Shown here one piece after another: positions 19,035 to 28,667 of a DNA stretch of 64,000 nucleotides. The first letter of the stretch is position 1; each line of letters opens with the position of its first letter. Under the pieces are notes generated by a model. It had not been told where the DNA came from. It ran no database searches and saw nothing but the letters and a program-made list of their open reading frames with translations. The position numbers and the translations under genes were made by a program. This DNA comes from an uncultured Thermococci archaeon. GTDB taxonomy: Archaea; Methanobacteriota_B; Thermococci; Methanofastidiosales; B48-G16. Location of the stretch: the NCBI GenBank assembly GCA_964595645.1, contig CAZQQT010000002.1, positions 1 to 64,000 on the forward strand. The letters run 5' to 3'.

Positions 19035-20183
19035 ATGGAAAATAAGCAATTGGTGTGGGTGGCGCTGACAGCATCTGCAATTGGTCTGATATCCCTTTTA
19101 ATACTCTCTGTTACAATGGAACCGGAGATAGTCTCCTCCCATCCTGAGGAACATGTGGGTGAGTATGTTGTACTTCAGGGTGTTGTTTCTCACACGTACG
19201 AGAAGTTCTTTGTGGTACATGGTGTGGAAGTATTTTCGGTGGACGAGATAGAAAGAGGAGATTATGTGGTTGTGAGAGGAACCTTAGAAAACACACCGAA
19301 AAAGTATGTAGATCGAGGTTTTCCTAAGTACCAACTGTACCCTGAGGATCTTGAGCATTATGTTCGTGGCATTTCGTTTTTTCCATGCTACGTAGAAAAC
19401 CATACTGTGAGTACAGTTAATGGAAGGTTTCAGTTTGATCGTTCCTTCTCATTTACCGGGTTTGGCGGAGTTCTTGGAGAATTAAAGGATAAAAATTTAA
19501 TTATAAGAGATATATTTCCTCTTCAGTCTGCGTTCATTGAAGGAAAAGTAAGAAAAGACGATGATCAATTTTATATTGGTGATACAAGACTTGTTCTCCC
19601 AGAAAACATTACTCCAGAATTTGGAGATAACCTCAAATGCTACGGATTAGCAGATGAAGAATTCCTCTGCCTCTACTGTCAGAACACAGGAAAATCGATA
19701 GAGAAAATATCCAATTTCATACCCCATAACGTCTACACAGTCAAAGGAGGGGTGGTGTCAAGGAGGTATTACTATGACGGGCACTTGATTACTCTTGAAG
19801 ATGCTACGGGAAAGGTCACTGCCTTCGTGGAGACTCCGGTATATTATGGGTACACTGTTGAAGTTTCTGGCATTTATGAAGAGTTCCGTGGGACATACAT
19901 GCTTCGAGGGGAGGCTACGGTGATCTCCAATAAGATCCACCGCTACGATCTTGCTGAAGAACTACCACAAGGTACTTTCTGGGCGAAGGGAACGGTAAAA
20001 AAGGTAGAAGATGTGCGAGGGCACCTCTATTTATATATGGAGGGACACAAAATATCTGTGTATGCTGACACTGTAAAGGACCTTCAGGACCATGGAATCG
20101 ATCTCTTCAATTCTCGAGGATCAACGCTCACTGTACTCCTCGAACATTCCGACGACCTGATCCTTGTGGACGTGAGAAAATGA
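19035..20183 (+). CDS. Membrane-anchored protein with multiple OB-fold-like repeats
   Basis: N-terminal TM; repeats such as GEYVVLQGVV, GDYVVVRGTL, YTVKGGV...LEDATGKV...GYTVEVSGIYEEFRG. Confidence 0.6.
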   Translation: MENKQLVWVALTASAIGLISLLILSVTMEPEIVSSHPEEHVGEYVVLQGVVSHTYEKFFVVHGVEVFSVDEIERGDYVVVRGTLENTPKKYVDRGFPKYQLYPEDLEHYVRGISFFPCYVENHTVSTVNGRFQFDRSFSFTGFGGVLGELKDKNLIIRDIFPLQSAFIEGKVRKDDDQFYIGDTRLVLPENITPEFGDNLKCYGLADEEFLCLYCQNTGKSIEKISNFIPHNVYTVKGGVVSRRYYYDGHLITLEDATGKVTAFVETPVYYGYTVEVSGIYEEFRGTYMLRGEATVISNKIHRYDLAEELPQGTFWAKGTVKKVEDVRGHLYLYMEGHKISVYADTVKDLQDHGIDLFNSRGSTLTVLLEHSDDLILVDVRK

Positions 20184-20524
20184 AACAGGTTATCGTTATC
20201 AGAATGGATTTAACACTTGGCAAGGGAAAAACAGCAGCCCAAGCAGCCCATGCATCGTTGCAGTCCGCAGAAAAATGCAGGAAGCGGCATCCCGATGTGT
20301 ATAAAAAATGGGAGTGGGAGGGACAGAAAAAGGTTGTCCTCGAAATAGAAACAGAGGAGGAACTTTTACATCTTTATGAACAGGTAAAAAGCAAAATTCC
20401 AGCAGCACTTGTGAAGGATGCAGGACTGACGCAGGTTCCACCAGAAACTGTAACGTGTGTGGGAATTGGACCGTGGGAGGATGAGGAGATCGATCGATAC
20501 ACCGGTGACCTACGCCTCTTATAA
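20180..20524 (+). CDS. pth2: Peptidyl-tRNA hydrolase, archaeal/Pth2 type
   Basis: KQVIVIRMDL..GKGK.AAQAAHA; GQKKVVL; DAGLTQ; GIGP. Confidence 0.95.
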   Translation: MKQVIVIRMDLTLGKGKTAAQAAHASLQSAEKCRKRHPDVYKKWEWEGQKKVVLEIETEEELLHLYEQVKSKIPAALVKDAGLTQVPPETVTCVGIGPWEDEEIDRYTGDLRLL

Positions 20525-20659
20525 TCCTGTGAGAGTATCTATTCCTTTTACTCCCTGCCTTAATGAAACAACCCATGAACAATAGATAGTATCTTCCGTG
20601 TTTCTTCTTGGGAGCATTCCACAAAGGAGAGATCACGGTGTGCTATAAATCAATTACGG

Positions 20660-21130
20660 TTATATCAGCTCTACCACCTTCTCGAACGTCGTGGCTTCCC
20701 GTGCTCGGAGGATCTTCTCGCAGAGATCTAGTATCTTTTTATGATTGAACTTCTTCCCTTTTCCTATCCCCTTACAGCTTTCATCTACATAAAGATATAC
20801 TTCTTTCCCATTTTTTAGATAGTAAGGTACATTTTTCTCTAGAATAGGGATTTCTGAGAATGCGATTGGGTACAATCTACATAAAAGGGGTTTTATCTTA
20901 TGAATTTTACATTTAGTATCGTGGAGGAACACACATCCGTTATCCCACTCCCGCCGATCGATTACAAGCTTTTTATTATTCCAGATAAGGAGCACGTCTT
21001 CTGCCGGTGTTTTTTCATTGATTTGAAGAATATCTCTCAATGTTAATGGTACCCATCTGTTCTTACAGCACTCCCCACATACCTGACATTGAAACCGTTG
21101 ATCCTTTAATGGTACTAGTTTTTCTTTCAT
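20660..21130 (-). CDS. YkgJ family cysteine-cluster protein
   Basis: CQVCGECC...CVFL...CKIH..KPLLCRLYP. Confidence 0.85.
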   Translation of the reverse strand: MKEKLVPLKDQRFQCQVCGECCKNRWVPLTLRDILQINEKTPAEDVLLIWNNKKLVIDRREWDNGCVFLHDTKCKIHKIKPLLCRLYPIAFSEIPILEKNVPYYLKNGKEVYLYVDESCKGIGKGKKFNHKKILDLCEKILRAREATTFEKVVELI

Positions 21131-21991
21131 CTACAGTATAACTCTCAATTCTTCCTTGATGAGAGGAGCGACACTAATCGTTGCGTACTTATGCGGGATT
21201 GTATCAGTCCCAATGATCTTGTCTATTCCTGCTTCTTCGAACTTCTCTTCTGCGTTACCTACCATCAGGAGATGGGTGGCAGCGGCCAGTACCTTTCGTG
21301 TACCTTCTTTCTTCAGAATTTCACACGCCTTTATCATCGTCCCTCCGGTTGATATCATATCGTCGACTATCACTACATCTCTTCCCGTTGTGTCGATGTT
21401 TTTTGGTTTTGTCTCTACCTCTTCTCCAGAAATTCTCTTTTTCTCGAGATAGTCATACTCATAGCCCAGAATTTCTGCCACTCTCTCTGCAATGTCTATA
21501 GCTCCCTTATCCGGTGAAATAATCACAGGTTCTCTCAAATCCTCTTTTTTAAGGTGTCTTCCAATGACTGAGGTGGCTGTTACGTTTTTTGCCTCTGTCT
21601 TGATGTGTCTCAGCAGTTTTTCTTCGTGAACGTTGACAGTATAAAAACTTTTTAACTTAAATGAGTTGATAATTCGCAGGATTGTTTTTGAGGATACGCA
21701 CTCATACTCTTTGAACCGTTTGTCTTGACGTGCGTAGGCGAGGTACGGCACGAACAGATGAATATCCACCCCAAGTTCTCTACAGGCATCAAGCATAAAG
21801 AAAAGTTGCATTAAATGTTTATCCTGTGGCGAGTAGAGAGATTGAACGATAAGGATCTCTTCGATCTGCTTGATTTTTTCTTCAAATCTGATATACATCT
21901 CTCCATCAGGAAACTCTTGATACTCTATCCCTATTCTTTCGTACGGCAGTTTTTCGATTATCGAGTCTGAGGAGATTCCAGCTACATACAT
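21131..21991 (-). CDS. prs: Ribose-phosphate pyrophosphokinase
   Basis: FPDGE, PYLAYARQD, SPDKGA, VDDMISTGGT. Confidence 0.95.
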   Translation of the reverse strand: MYVAGISSDSIIEKLPYERIGIEYQEFPDGEMYIRFEEKIKQIEEILIVQSLYSPQDKHLMQLFFMLDACRELGVDIHLFVPYLAYARQDKRFKEYECVSSKTILRIINSFKLKSFYTVNVHEEKLLRHIKTEAKNVTATSVIGRHLKKEDLREPVIISPDKGAIDIAERVAEILGYEYDYLEKKRISGEEVETKPKNIDTTGRDVVIVDDMISTGGTMIKACEILKKEGTRKVLAAATHLLMVGNAEEKFEEAGIDKIIGTDTIPHKYATISVAPLIKEELRVIL

Positions 21992-22033
21992 ATTCTACAC
22001 CAGCCCTTACTATTGAATAATGTATTAATAAAT

Positions 22034-22663
22034 TTATCCCTTCTCTTCCAGTAAGCTTTTTACTCTTTTTCTCCTGAAAAAGTCCTCCCTCTCCCTCTCT
22101 TCTAACTGAAACTGGATAAACTTTTTTTGCCGCTTTAGTTTAGGGAGTATTACATACTCCAGCGCATTTACCCTCCTATTTGTCTTTTCAATTTCTTTCG
22201 CCAAGAGTTTTACCGACTTCTCTATTTCTCCAAGTCTCACTATTTTCTCTAATATGTCCTTAAATGCATCGTAGGTTTCATCTAAAAGCGTGGAGGAGGT
22301 ATAGAGGTTGTAGCCCCGTTCGGTGAGATCTTCATTCATTCCTTTCAGATTGATCAGCGGAACGGTCACCCCCATAATATTTTTCTCCTTTACCTCGATT
22401 TTCGGTTCTTGGGTATCAGGAAGTACCGATGCTAGATCTTCTACATTTCTATCTACCATTTTTAGTTTCATGTAGAGGGTGAAGGCATCGTTGAGTTCCC
22501 TGTTTACCTCTCTCCGTAAATACTTTTGATCCTCGTAAATACTGAAGAACTCCATCACGAGCACTTCTCTTTTTTCTTTGAGGATCCTATGTCCTCTTTC
22601 CGCTAATGAAATTCTCCTATTCAGTTTTAAAAGGGCTGAACGTGTCGGTTTTACCTCTTTCAA
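22034..22663 (-). CDS. atpD: A/V-type ATP synthase subunit D
   Basis: [30 protein letters not shown]; TTG start overlapping the atpB stop. Confidence 0.93.
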   Translation of the reverse strand: MKEVKPTRSALLKLNRRISLAERGHRILKEKREVLVMEFFSIYEDQKYLRREVNRELNDAFTLYMKLKMVDRNVEDLASVLPDTQEPKIEVKEKNIMGVTVPLINLKGMNEDLTERGYNLYTSSTLLDETYDAFKDILEKIVRLGEIEKSVKLLAKEIEKTNRRVNALEYVILPKLKRQKKFIQFQLEEREREDFFRRKRVKSLLEEKG

Positions 22664-24039
22664 TGCGTTTCACCTTTATAGTACTTATCAATATGCTCAG
22701 GATCAATTCTTTTCAGATTTGACTCGGGGAACTCCGAGAGCAGGTTCCAGCCAAGCTCCAGGGTCTCTTCGATTGTTCTATCTTCTTCTTTCCCTTGATT
22801 CACAAAGTTCTCTTCAAACTTATCTGCAAATTCGAGGTATTTCTTATCAGATTTACTTAGGGCTTCTTCCCCCACCACGGCAACGAGATCTCGTAGCTCC
22901 TTCCCTTCGGCATAAGCGGCAAAAAGCTGTGACGCAAGATCGGAGTGGTCCTCTCTTGTTCTCCCTTCACCAATTCCTTTCTGCATCAATCGAGAGAGTG
23001 AGAGTGATACCTCAATAGGAGGGTAAATTCCCTTTCTATGGAGGTCTCGAGAGAGAATTGTCTGCCCTTCTGTGATATATCCGGTAAGATCGGGAATGGG
23101 ATGGTTGATGTCGTCATCAGGCATGGTGAGTATCGGCATCTGCGTGATACTCCCTTTCTTTCCCTTGATCCTCCCGGCACGCTCATAAATAGACGCTAGG
23201 TCGGTGTACATGTACCCAGGATATCCTCGTCGTGCAGGTATCTCCTCTCGTGCTGCAGAGATCTCCCGTAAGGCCTCACAGTAGTTGGTCATATCGGTGA
23301 GAATGACGAGTACATGCATATCCTTTTCAAATGCGAGATACTCCGCACAGGTCAGAGCGGTTCGCGGAGTGATGAACCGCTCGATAGTGGGATCATCGGC
23401 TAGATTCAGGAACATTATTACACGTTCCAGTGCCCCTGTTTTTTCGAAGTTATCGGTGAAGAAATTCGCCTCTTCAAAGGTAATACCCATTGCCGCGAAT
23501 ATTACACTGAATTCCTCCTCCTGACCGAGTACCTTTGCCTGTCGGGCTATCTGTGCAGCGACTTCATTATGAGGAAGTCCAGATCCCGAGAAGATAGGGA
23601 GTTTCTGTCCCCGGACAAGGGTGTTCATTCCATCGATAGTGGAGATTCCGGTCTGGATAAAATCTCGTGGATATTCCCGGGCGTAGGGGTTAATAGGTGC
23701 CCCGTTGATATCTCGTTCCTCTTCAGGGATTATCTCAGGACCTTCAATCGGCTTTCCTGTTCCTGTGAATACTCTTCCAAGCATATCTTCAGACACAGGG
23801 AGCTTTATCGGTTCTCCAGTGAATCTTACACGCGTACTATCTGTGTCAAGGCCTGTCGTCCCTTCAAATACCTGTATGACAGCTGTATCAGTGGAGGTCT
23901 CCAGGACCTGGCCAAGTCGCGTCTCACCGTCGGAGACGACGATCTCGACTACCTCTCCGTATCCCACGTTTTCCACCTTTTCAACGACCATCAACGGTCC
24001 CGAGATCTCTTTTATGGTTGAATACTCCTTGAGCTTCAT
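22660..24039 (-). CDS. atpB: A/V-type ATP synthase subunit B
   Basis: [52 protein letters not shown]. Confidence 0.96.
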   Translation of the reverse strand: MKLKEYSTIKEISGPLMVVEKVENVGYGEVVEIVVSDGETRLGQVLETSTDTAVIQVFEGTTGLDTDSTRVRFTGEPIKLPVSEDMLGRVFTGTGKPIEGPEIIPEEERDINGAPINPYAREYPRDFIQTGISTIDGMNTLVRGQKLPIFSGSGLPHNEVAAQIARQAKVLGQEEEFSVIFAAMGITFEEANFFTDNFEKTGALERVIMFLNLADDPTIERFITPRTALTCAEYLAFEKDMHVLVILTDMTNYCEALREISAAREEIPARRGYPGYMYTDLASIYERAGRIKGKKGSITQMPILTMPDDDINHPIPDLTGYITEGQTILSRDLHRKGIYPPIEVSLSLSRLMQKGIGEGRTREDHSDLASQLFAAYAEGKELRDLVAVVGEEALSKSDKKYLEFADKFEENFVNQGKEEDRTIEETLELGWNLLSEFPESNLKRIDPEHIDKYYKGETH

Positions 24040-24102
24040 GGTGATCACTTTCTCATACTGTGGCTCGTATAAAAAGGTTTTCTCGCTGTTTTAAGATTCT
24101 CC

Positions 24103-25053
24103 TTAAGGAAGCTGTACGCACTGGAGGATCTCTCCTAGAGTATAAGTGACCGCAATTGAAATGAAAAATGCTGATATCCATGCCCCTCCAGTAAAGATCA
24201 GTTTCCTTTTCCCTATATTTTTTTTACCGATTACCAGTCCACTACCAATAATTGACATGATTATCGCTTCATTGAAGGATATTGGTATACCGAAGAAGAT
24301 CCCAATCTGTGCCAAAATCGCCGCCGTTCCAAGGGCTGCTACCGATCTTCGAGGACCTATATTTGAATATTCAAAGGATACTGCATCAATAATTTTAGGA
24401 GAAAAGACTAAGGCACCAACGAGAATTGAAGCCCCACCCATAACCAGAAGAATAATCATGGGACTGTCAAGTGATTGAAGAGGACCTACTGCGAGGCCCA
24501 CAGAGTTAGCACCAGAGGTATATGCTACGAAAAGTCCCATCATCAAGGTAAGATATTTTATCGGGGTTTTTGTTTTTTCTTTATCGAGAAAATACCTTAG
24601 ACTCTTTGAAAAAATATAGCTGATTCCCAGGGCTAAAAAGGGGATCAATATCCAATAAAGTACTATTGTTCGAACTGACAAAACTTGTATCGAATTTCCA
24701 AAGCTAAGCGCACTACCTATCACTGCTCCCACTATAGTAAACGCAGTTGGCATGGGATACTTTGTAATTACACTTGCGATAACTAATATAGATGATACTA
24801 ATAAAATAGCAAAAGCTTGAAGCGTAGATATACCTCCATAGACAATACCTGAACTAATTGTAGTTGTTACGTTGCTGCCCTGCAGGATTGCTCCTAGTGC
24901 AGCGGCTAGTCCGGCCAGCAAAGCAGACCGTAATACCCCTGAGGATCTAGATGATGTGACTGGACCGAAGGCCGGAGGCGCTGCAGAAGCACCAATTGAA
25001 ATACTCATAAAAATAGCAGTTATAATGGCTAACACTGCAATTAAATCGATCAT
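24103..25053 (-). CDS. PiT-family (inorganic phosphate/anion) transporter, divergent
   Basis: Two-repeat TM architecture; SGANSVG, GIPISFNE, GAVIG. Confidence 0.7.
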   Translation of the reverse strand: MIDLIAVLAIITAIFMSISIGASAAPPAFGPVTSSRSSGVLRSALLAGLAAALGAILQGSNVTTTISSGIVYGGISTLQAFAILLVSSILVIASVITKYPMPTAFTIVGAVIGSALSFGNSIQVLSVRTIVLYWILIPFLALGISYIFSKSLRYFLDKEKTKTPIKYLTLMMGLFVAYTSGANSVGLAVGPLQSLDSPMIILLVMGGASILVGALVFSPKIIDAVSFEYSNIGPRRSVAALGTAAILAQIGIFFGIPISFNEAIIMSIIGSGLVIGKKNIGKRKLIFTGGAWISAFFISIAVTYTLGEILQCVQLP

Positions 25054-25622
25054 CAGGCATCTTCCTTCAATTTTTCTTTTATCTTCTTCCTCATTCTTTC
25101 ATTTGAGATGTTCATAGTTAACGTGTAGCTTTCTCCCTTTTTCTTCTCTAAATTCACTGAAAATTCTTCCGTATCAAAATAATATGGATTGAATTTTAGC
25201 ATAAATTTCTCATAAATGATTTTTTCCATCTTTCTTATCACCCTCAGTGATTTAGTACTCATTATCCTCCCAACATTCATTGAAGCCCCCTTTAGATCGT
25301 TAAAAGGAGTTTTACCATCGTTTATACACTTTGCTGAATTGACAATACTTCTAGAAGCTTCTTTTAACTCTTTTTTAGTTCCTTTGTACTCTTTTTCTAC
25401 TTTTTTTGGGCCGATACTCGCTTCTTCAGCTGTTTTCTTGATTATTTCATTTTCTTCTTCATCTTTTCTCGGTCTCCATCTGCTGAAGTTATCGACGCAC
25501 CCATTGTTGTTTATCGATGCATTTATCATTTTTTCTATTTTCCGACAAAATTCACAGATTTCCTTCCAGTCATCGGTGATCTTTACCCCTGCATTCGTCA
25601 GCTCCATTGTTTTATTATTCAT
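25053..25622 (-). CDS. DUF5828-like protein
   Basis: W.EI.E...WRPR....I.KKTAEEASI and YEKFML.FNPYYFD.E pattern recalled from a haloarchaeal family. Confidence 0.55.
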   Translation of the reverse strand: MNNKTMELTNAGVKITDDWKEICEFCRKIEKMINASINNNGCVDNFSRWRPRKDEEENEIIKKTAEEASIGPKKVEKEYKGTKKELKEASRSIVNSAKCINDGKTPFNDLKGASMNVGRIMSTKSLRVIRKMEKIIYEKFMLKFNPYYFDTEEFSVNLEKKKGESYTLTMNISNERMRKKIKEKLKEDA

Positions 25623-25875
25623 ATTGAGTTAGGCAAACTTCCTTCCCTTTATAAAAGTTATGGTTAAAAGAGCATGATACTACGCTTTTATTCCCTTTCT
25701 CGCGACTAATGATGCATCTTTTTATTATGCAGAGAAAACTATAAAACTTACTAAAATTTTATTAAAATATATTAGTTATGTATTTTTAAGGATCTGCGAT
25801 ACTAGACGCCCTTTTGTTTTTCCCCGACTCTTCCTTCCAGAAAAATCTTTATAACCTTCCACCCTTATACGTATC

Positions 25876-26583
25876 ATGCCCGTGATACAGGCGACAGATC
25901 TTGACAAATCTTACGGTCCAGTCCACGCGCTGAAGGAACTCAGCTTCGAGGTAGAAAAAGGGGAGTTCTTTGGTTTTTTAGGGGTGAACGGTGCGGGGAA
26001 AACGACGACAATCAAGATTCTCACCGGACAGCTCTCTCCAGACAAGGGGAGTGCAGAGGTGCTGGGCATGGATATACAGCATCCACGAAAAATAAAAGAG
26101 TCTGTGGGCATTGTTCCGGAAATAACATCTCTCCCTAGCTTTCTTACATCATACGAGTACCTTGAGTTCGTATGTAGGGTACGGGGTGTGGATACGGAGC
26201 GTATTTCCTTTTGGCTGGACTTTCTCAACCTCACCGATAAGAAGGACGATCTCTGTAGGGATCTCAGCAAAGGGATGAAACAGAAACTTTCCTTTGCGGC
26301 TGCATTTATTCACGAACCTCGGCTTGTCTTTCTCGATGAGCCGTTCAATGATATCGATCCGCTCATGCAGCGTACAATGAAAACATTTCTGAAAGAGTAT
26401 GTGGGGGACGGAGGCACGATCTTTCTTTCCACACATATTCTCGAGATCGCAGAAAAACTCTGTTCCTCCGCAGCAATCATTCATCACGGATCACTTCTCC
26501 AGAGAGGAACACTCCATGAGTTCTTGGAAGAACGAGAATCACTCGAAGAGGCCTTTATTTCACTGGTGGAATCTAATGATTAA
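25876..26583 (+). CDS. ABC transporter ATP-binding protein
   Basis: GVNGAGKTT, LSKGMKQK, FLDEP, STH. Confidence 0.93.
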   Translation: MPVIQATDLDKSYGPVHALKELSFEVEKGEFFGFLGVNGAGKTTTIKILTGQLSPDKGSAEVLGMDIQHPRKIKESVGIVPEITSLPSFLTSYEYLEFVCRVRGVDTERISFWLDFLNLTDKKDDLCRDLSKGMKQKLSFAAAFIHEPRLVFLDEPFNDIDPLMQRTMKTFLKEYVGDGGTIFLSTHILEIAEKLCSSAAIIHHGSLLQRGTLHEFLEERESLEEAFISLVESND

Positions 26584-27946
26584 ACGACTGTTGAACCTTC
26601 AAATAAAGGAAGAATGGCGGATGATGACTGCCTATTTCAGTTCAAAAGCGCTTATTCTCTTTCCGATTGTTCTTTTCGGAGCTGGGGTTTTTATGGGGAG
26701 ACTAATACCTATTATGGAGCAATCTTTCGATATGCACCAGTTCTATAGTATGGTACATCTTCTTCTAATACTCTATGGGATATTTGTTGGAGGATTTGGA
26801 TTTTTTGCGGAGGCAGTAGTGGAAACATGGTTTGGCGAGGCACGGTTGCTTATTCAAACCTACGATATTCTTCCTATTTCTTTCACACGGCTGTTCTCAT
26901 TGTTCTACCTAAAAGATATCATATATTACATGGTGCTCACTCTACTTCCCATTTTTTCTGGATTGTTTTTCTCGTTCAGTATCTCCTCCTCCCTTTTTCT
27001 TACCCTCCTTATTTCACTTACACTCGCTTTTCTCCTCGGTATCTCAACGAGCTTTTTCCTTTCTTCTCTCTACGTACGAAACCGATGGAGCGTTCTTCCG
27101 CCGCTCGTTCTCCTTGGGTATTGGGGTACTACCGGTTCCTACGAGACGCTCCCACCACTCGCCTTTTTCTTCCAACGAGATCTTTTCCATGCACTGAGTT
27201 CGGTCATACTGTTTTTCGTGTTTTCTGCGATTTCTCTCTACATTTCTATACCCATAGAACGATATAGAATGCACAACTTTTCGCCTTCTACCTTATTCTC
27301 CCGTATCGATACCCTTCTTGCGAAGGAGATCGTTGAGGTGCGGAGGAGTGGGACGTGGCGCATACTCCTTACAGCATACCTCTTTCCACTTCTTTTCCTC
27401 TACAGTATTTTCCACTTCTCCGGAAAACTTCTTCAGATCCAGTTTACGCTTCCACTCCCCTTCTACGCTGTTTTCATCGGATACCTGAGTACACTGGTTT
27501 ACAGCTGGCTCAACAACATCGATACACCTGCACACCTCCATACACTCCCCATTACCGTGTCTGCAGTAATCAAACGAAAACTTGCACTGTTAGCAGTTGT
27601 TTCCTTCTCTGTTGGAACAGGCTATCTTCTCTTCCTCGGCTATACACTCAACGATTTCACAGCCGTGCCTATCTCGCTTTTTGCCATGGTTGCCGTCACT
27701 CTCTACGTTGCGCTGGTTACTGCCTATCTCTGCGGCCTTCACCCCAACACGTACCTTTTCAACGGTGTGATATTGATGAAGTATCTTGCTACGACACTCC
27801 CTGTGCTCATTACACTCACCCTCCTTTCTCTCATGAACGAGTCCGTCGCGCTTGTACTTCTCTCTGGTGGCATCTTCCTTCTCGCAGCTCCGATCTATCG
27901 TGGACTGGAGATCAAGTATGGCGTGTCAGAGGGATTTCAGAAATAG
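26576..27946 (+). CDS. ABC transporter permease (multi-TM)
   Basis: About 12 hydrophobic segments; start reassigned to ATG 26576, overlapping the ATPase stop. Confidence 0.75.
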   Translation: MIKRLLNLQIKEEWRMMTAYFSSKALILFPIVLFGAGVFMGRLIPIMEQSFDMHQFYSMVHLLLILYGIFVGGFGFFAEAVVETWFGEARLLIQTYDILPISFTRLFSLFYLKDIIYYMVLTLLPIFSGLFFSFSISSSLFLTLLISLTLAFLLGISTSFFLSSLYVRNRWSVLPPLVLLGYWGTTGSYETLPPLAFFFQRDLFHALSSVILFFVFSAISLYISIPIERYRMHNFSPSTLFSRIDTLLAKEIVEVRRSGTWRILLTAYLFPLLFLYSIFHFSGKLLQIQFTLPLPFYAVFIGYLSTLVYSWLNNIDTPAHLHTLPITVSAVIKRKLALLAVVSFSVGTGYLLFLGYTLNDFTAVPISLFAMVAVTLYVALVTAYLCGLHPNTYLFNGVILMKYLATTLPVLITLTLLSLMNESVALVLLSGGIFLLAAPIYRGLEIKYGVSEGFQK

Positions 27947-28004
27947 CGTATCTGCTTGATTCGTATAAAAGAATATTTTTATATCCTTCTCCTGAAGGTT
28001 GCAC

Positions 28005-28616
28005 ATGACGGAACATCAGATACCCTCCTCTCTTGCGTGTATTATTTTTGACAGTGTACGGGAGCAGATGGGAGAAAATGGATTAAAGCTACTGTTGCGG
28101 CAGGCAGGACTGGAACGATATATTGATAATCCCCCGGAGGATAATGATTCCCCCTCCATTGCCATGGACGAATTTAAACGTGCATTTCGTGCGGTACATC
28201 GTGTGTTTGGGGAGAAAGCTGCACGACCTCTTCTTTTGCGGTGGGGGGAGCTGACATTTACCTACGCTTTAGAGAATAAGCCGCGTTTGTTTGGTCTTGT
28301 TGGGCCGGTAACAAAACTTATGACACAGGAACAGAAAGAACGTTTTATCCTGAAACGAGTTCTTAAAGAATCCGAAAATCTCTACAATGTGCCACATATT
28401 ATGACAGAGGACAGTGAATATTTTTATGTGGAGATACAGAACTGCTTTTACTGTGGTGATATGGATACTGACATACCGATATGTCACTCTCCAAAGGGAT
28501 CCTGGCTTGCCATGATGAGATGGATTACGGGGAAAGAGCACGAGATTACCGAGATCGCATGTCAGGCTATGGGAGATGAGTCGTGCACATTCAGAATCAA
28601 GAAGGAAGGCACATAG
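28005..28616 (+). CDS. Stand-alone V4R (4-vinyl reductase) domain protein
   Basis: NCFYC...PICH...ITEIACQAMGDESCTF. Confidence 0.85.
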   Translation: MTEHQIPSSLACIIFDSVREQMGENGLKLLLRQAGLERYIDNPPEDNDSPSIAMDEFKRAFRAVHRVFGEKAARPLLLRWGELTFTYALENKPRLFGLVGPVTKLMTQEQKERFILKRVLKESENLYNVPHIMTEDSEYFYVEIQNCFYCGDMDTDIPICHSPKGSWLAMMRWITGKEHEITEIACQAMGDESCTFRIKKEGT

Positions 28617-28667
28617 AAAGGCCCCCTGTTTAAATAAGTGCGTTGCTCATACTATAGACTGTGATAT

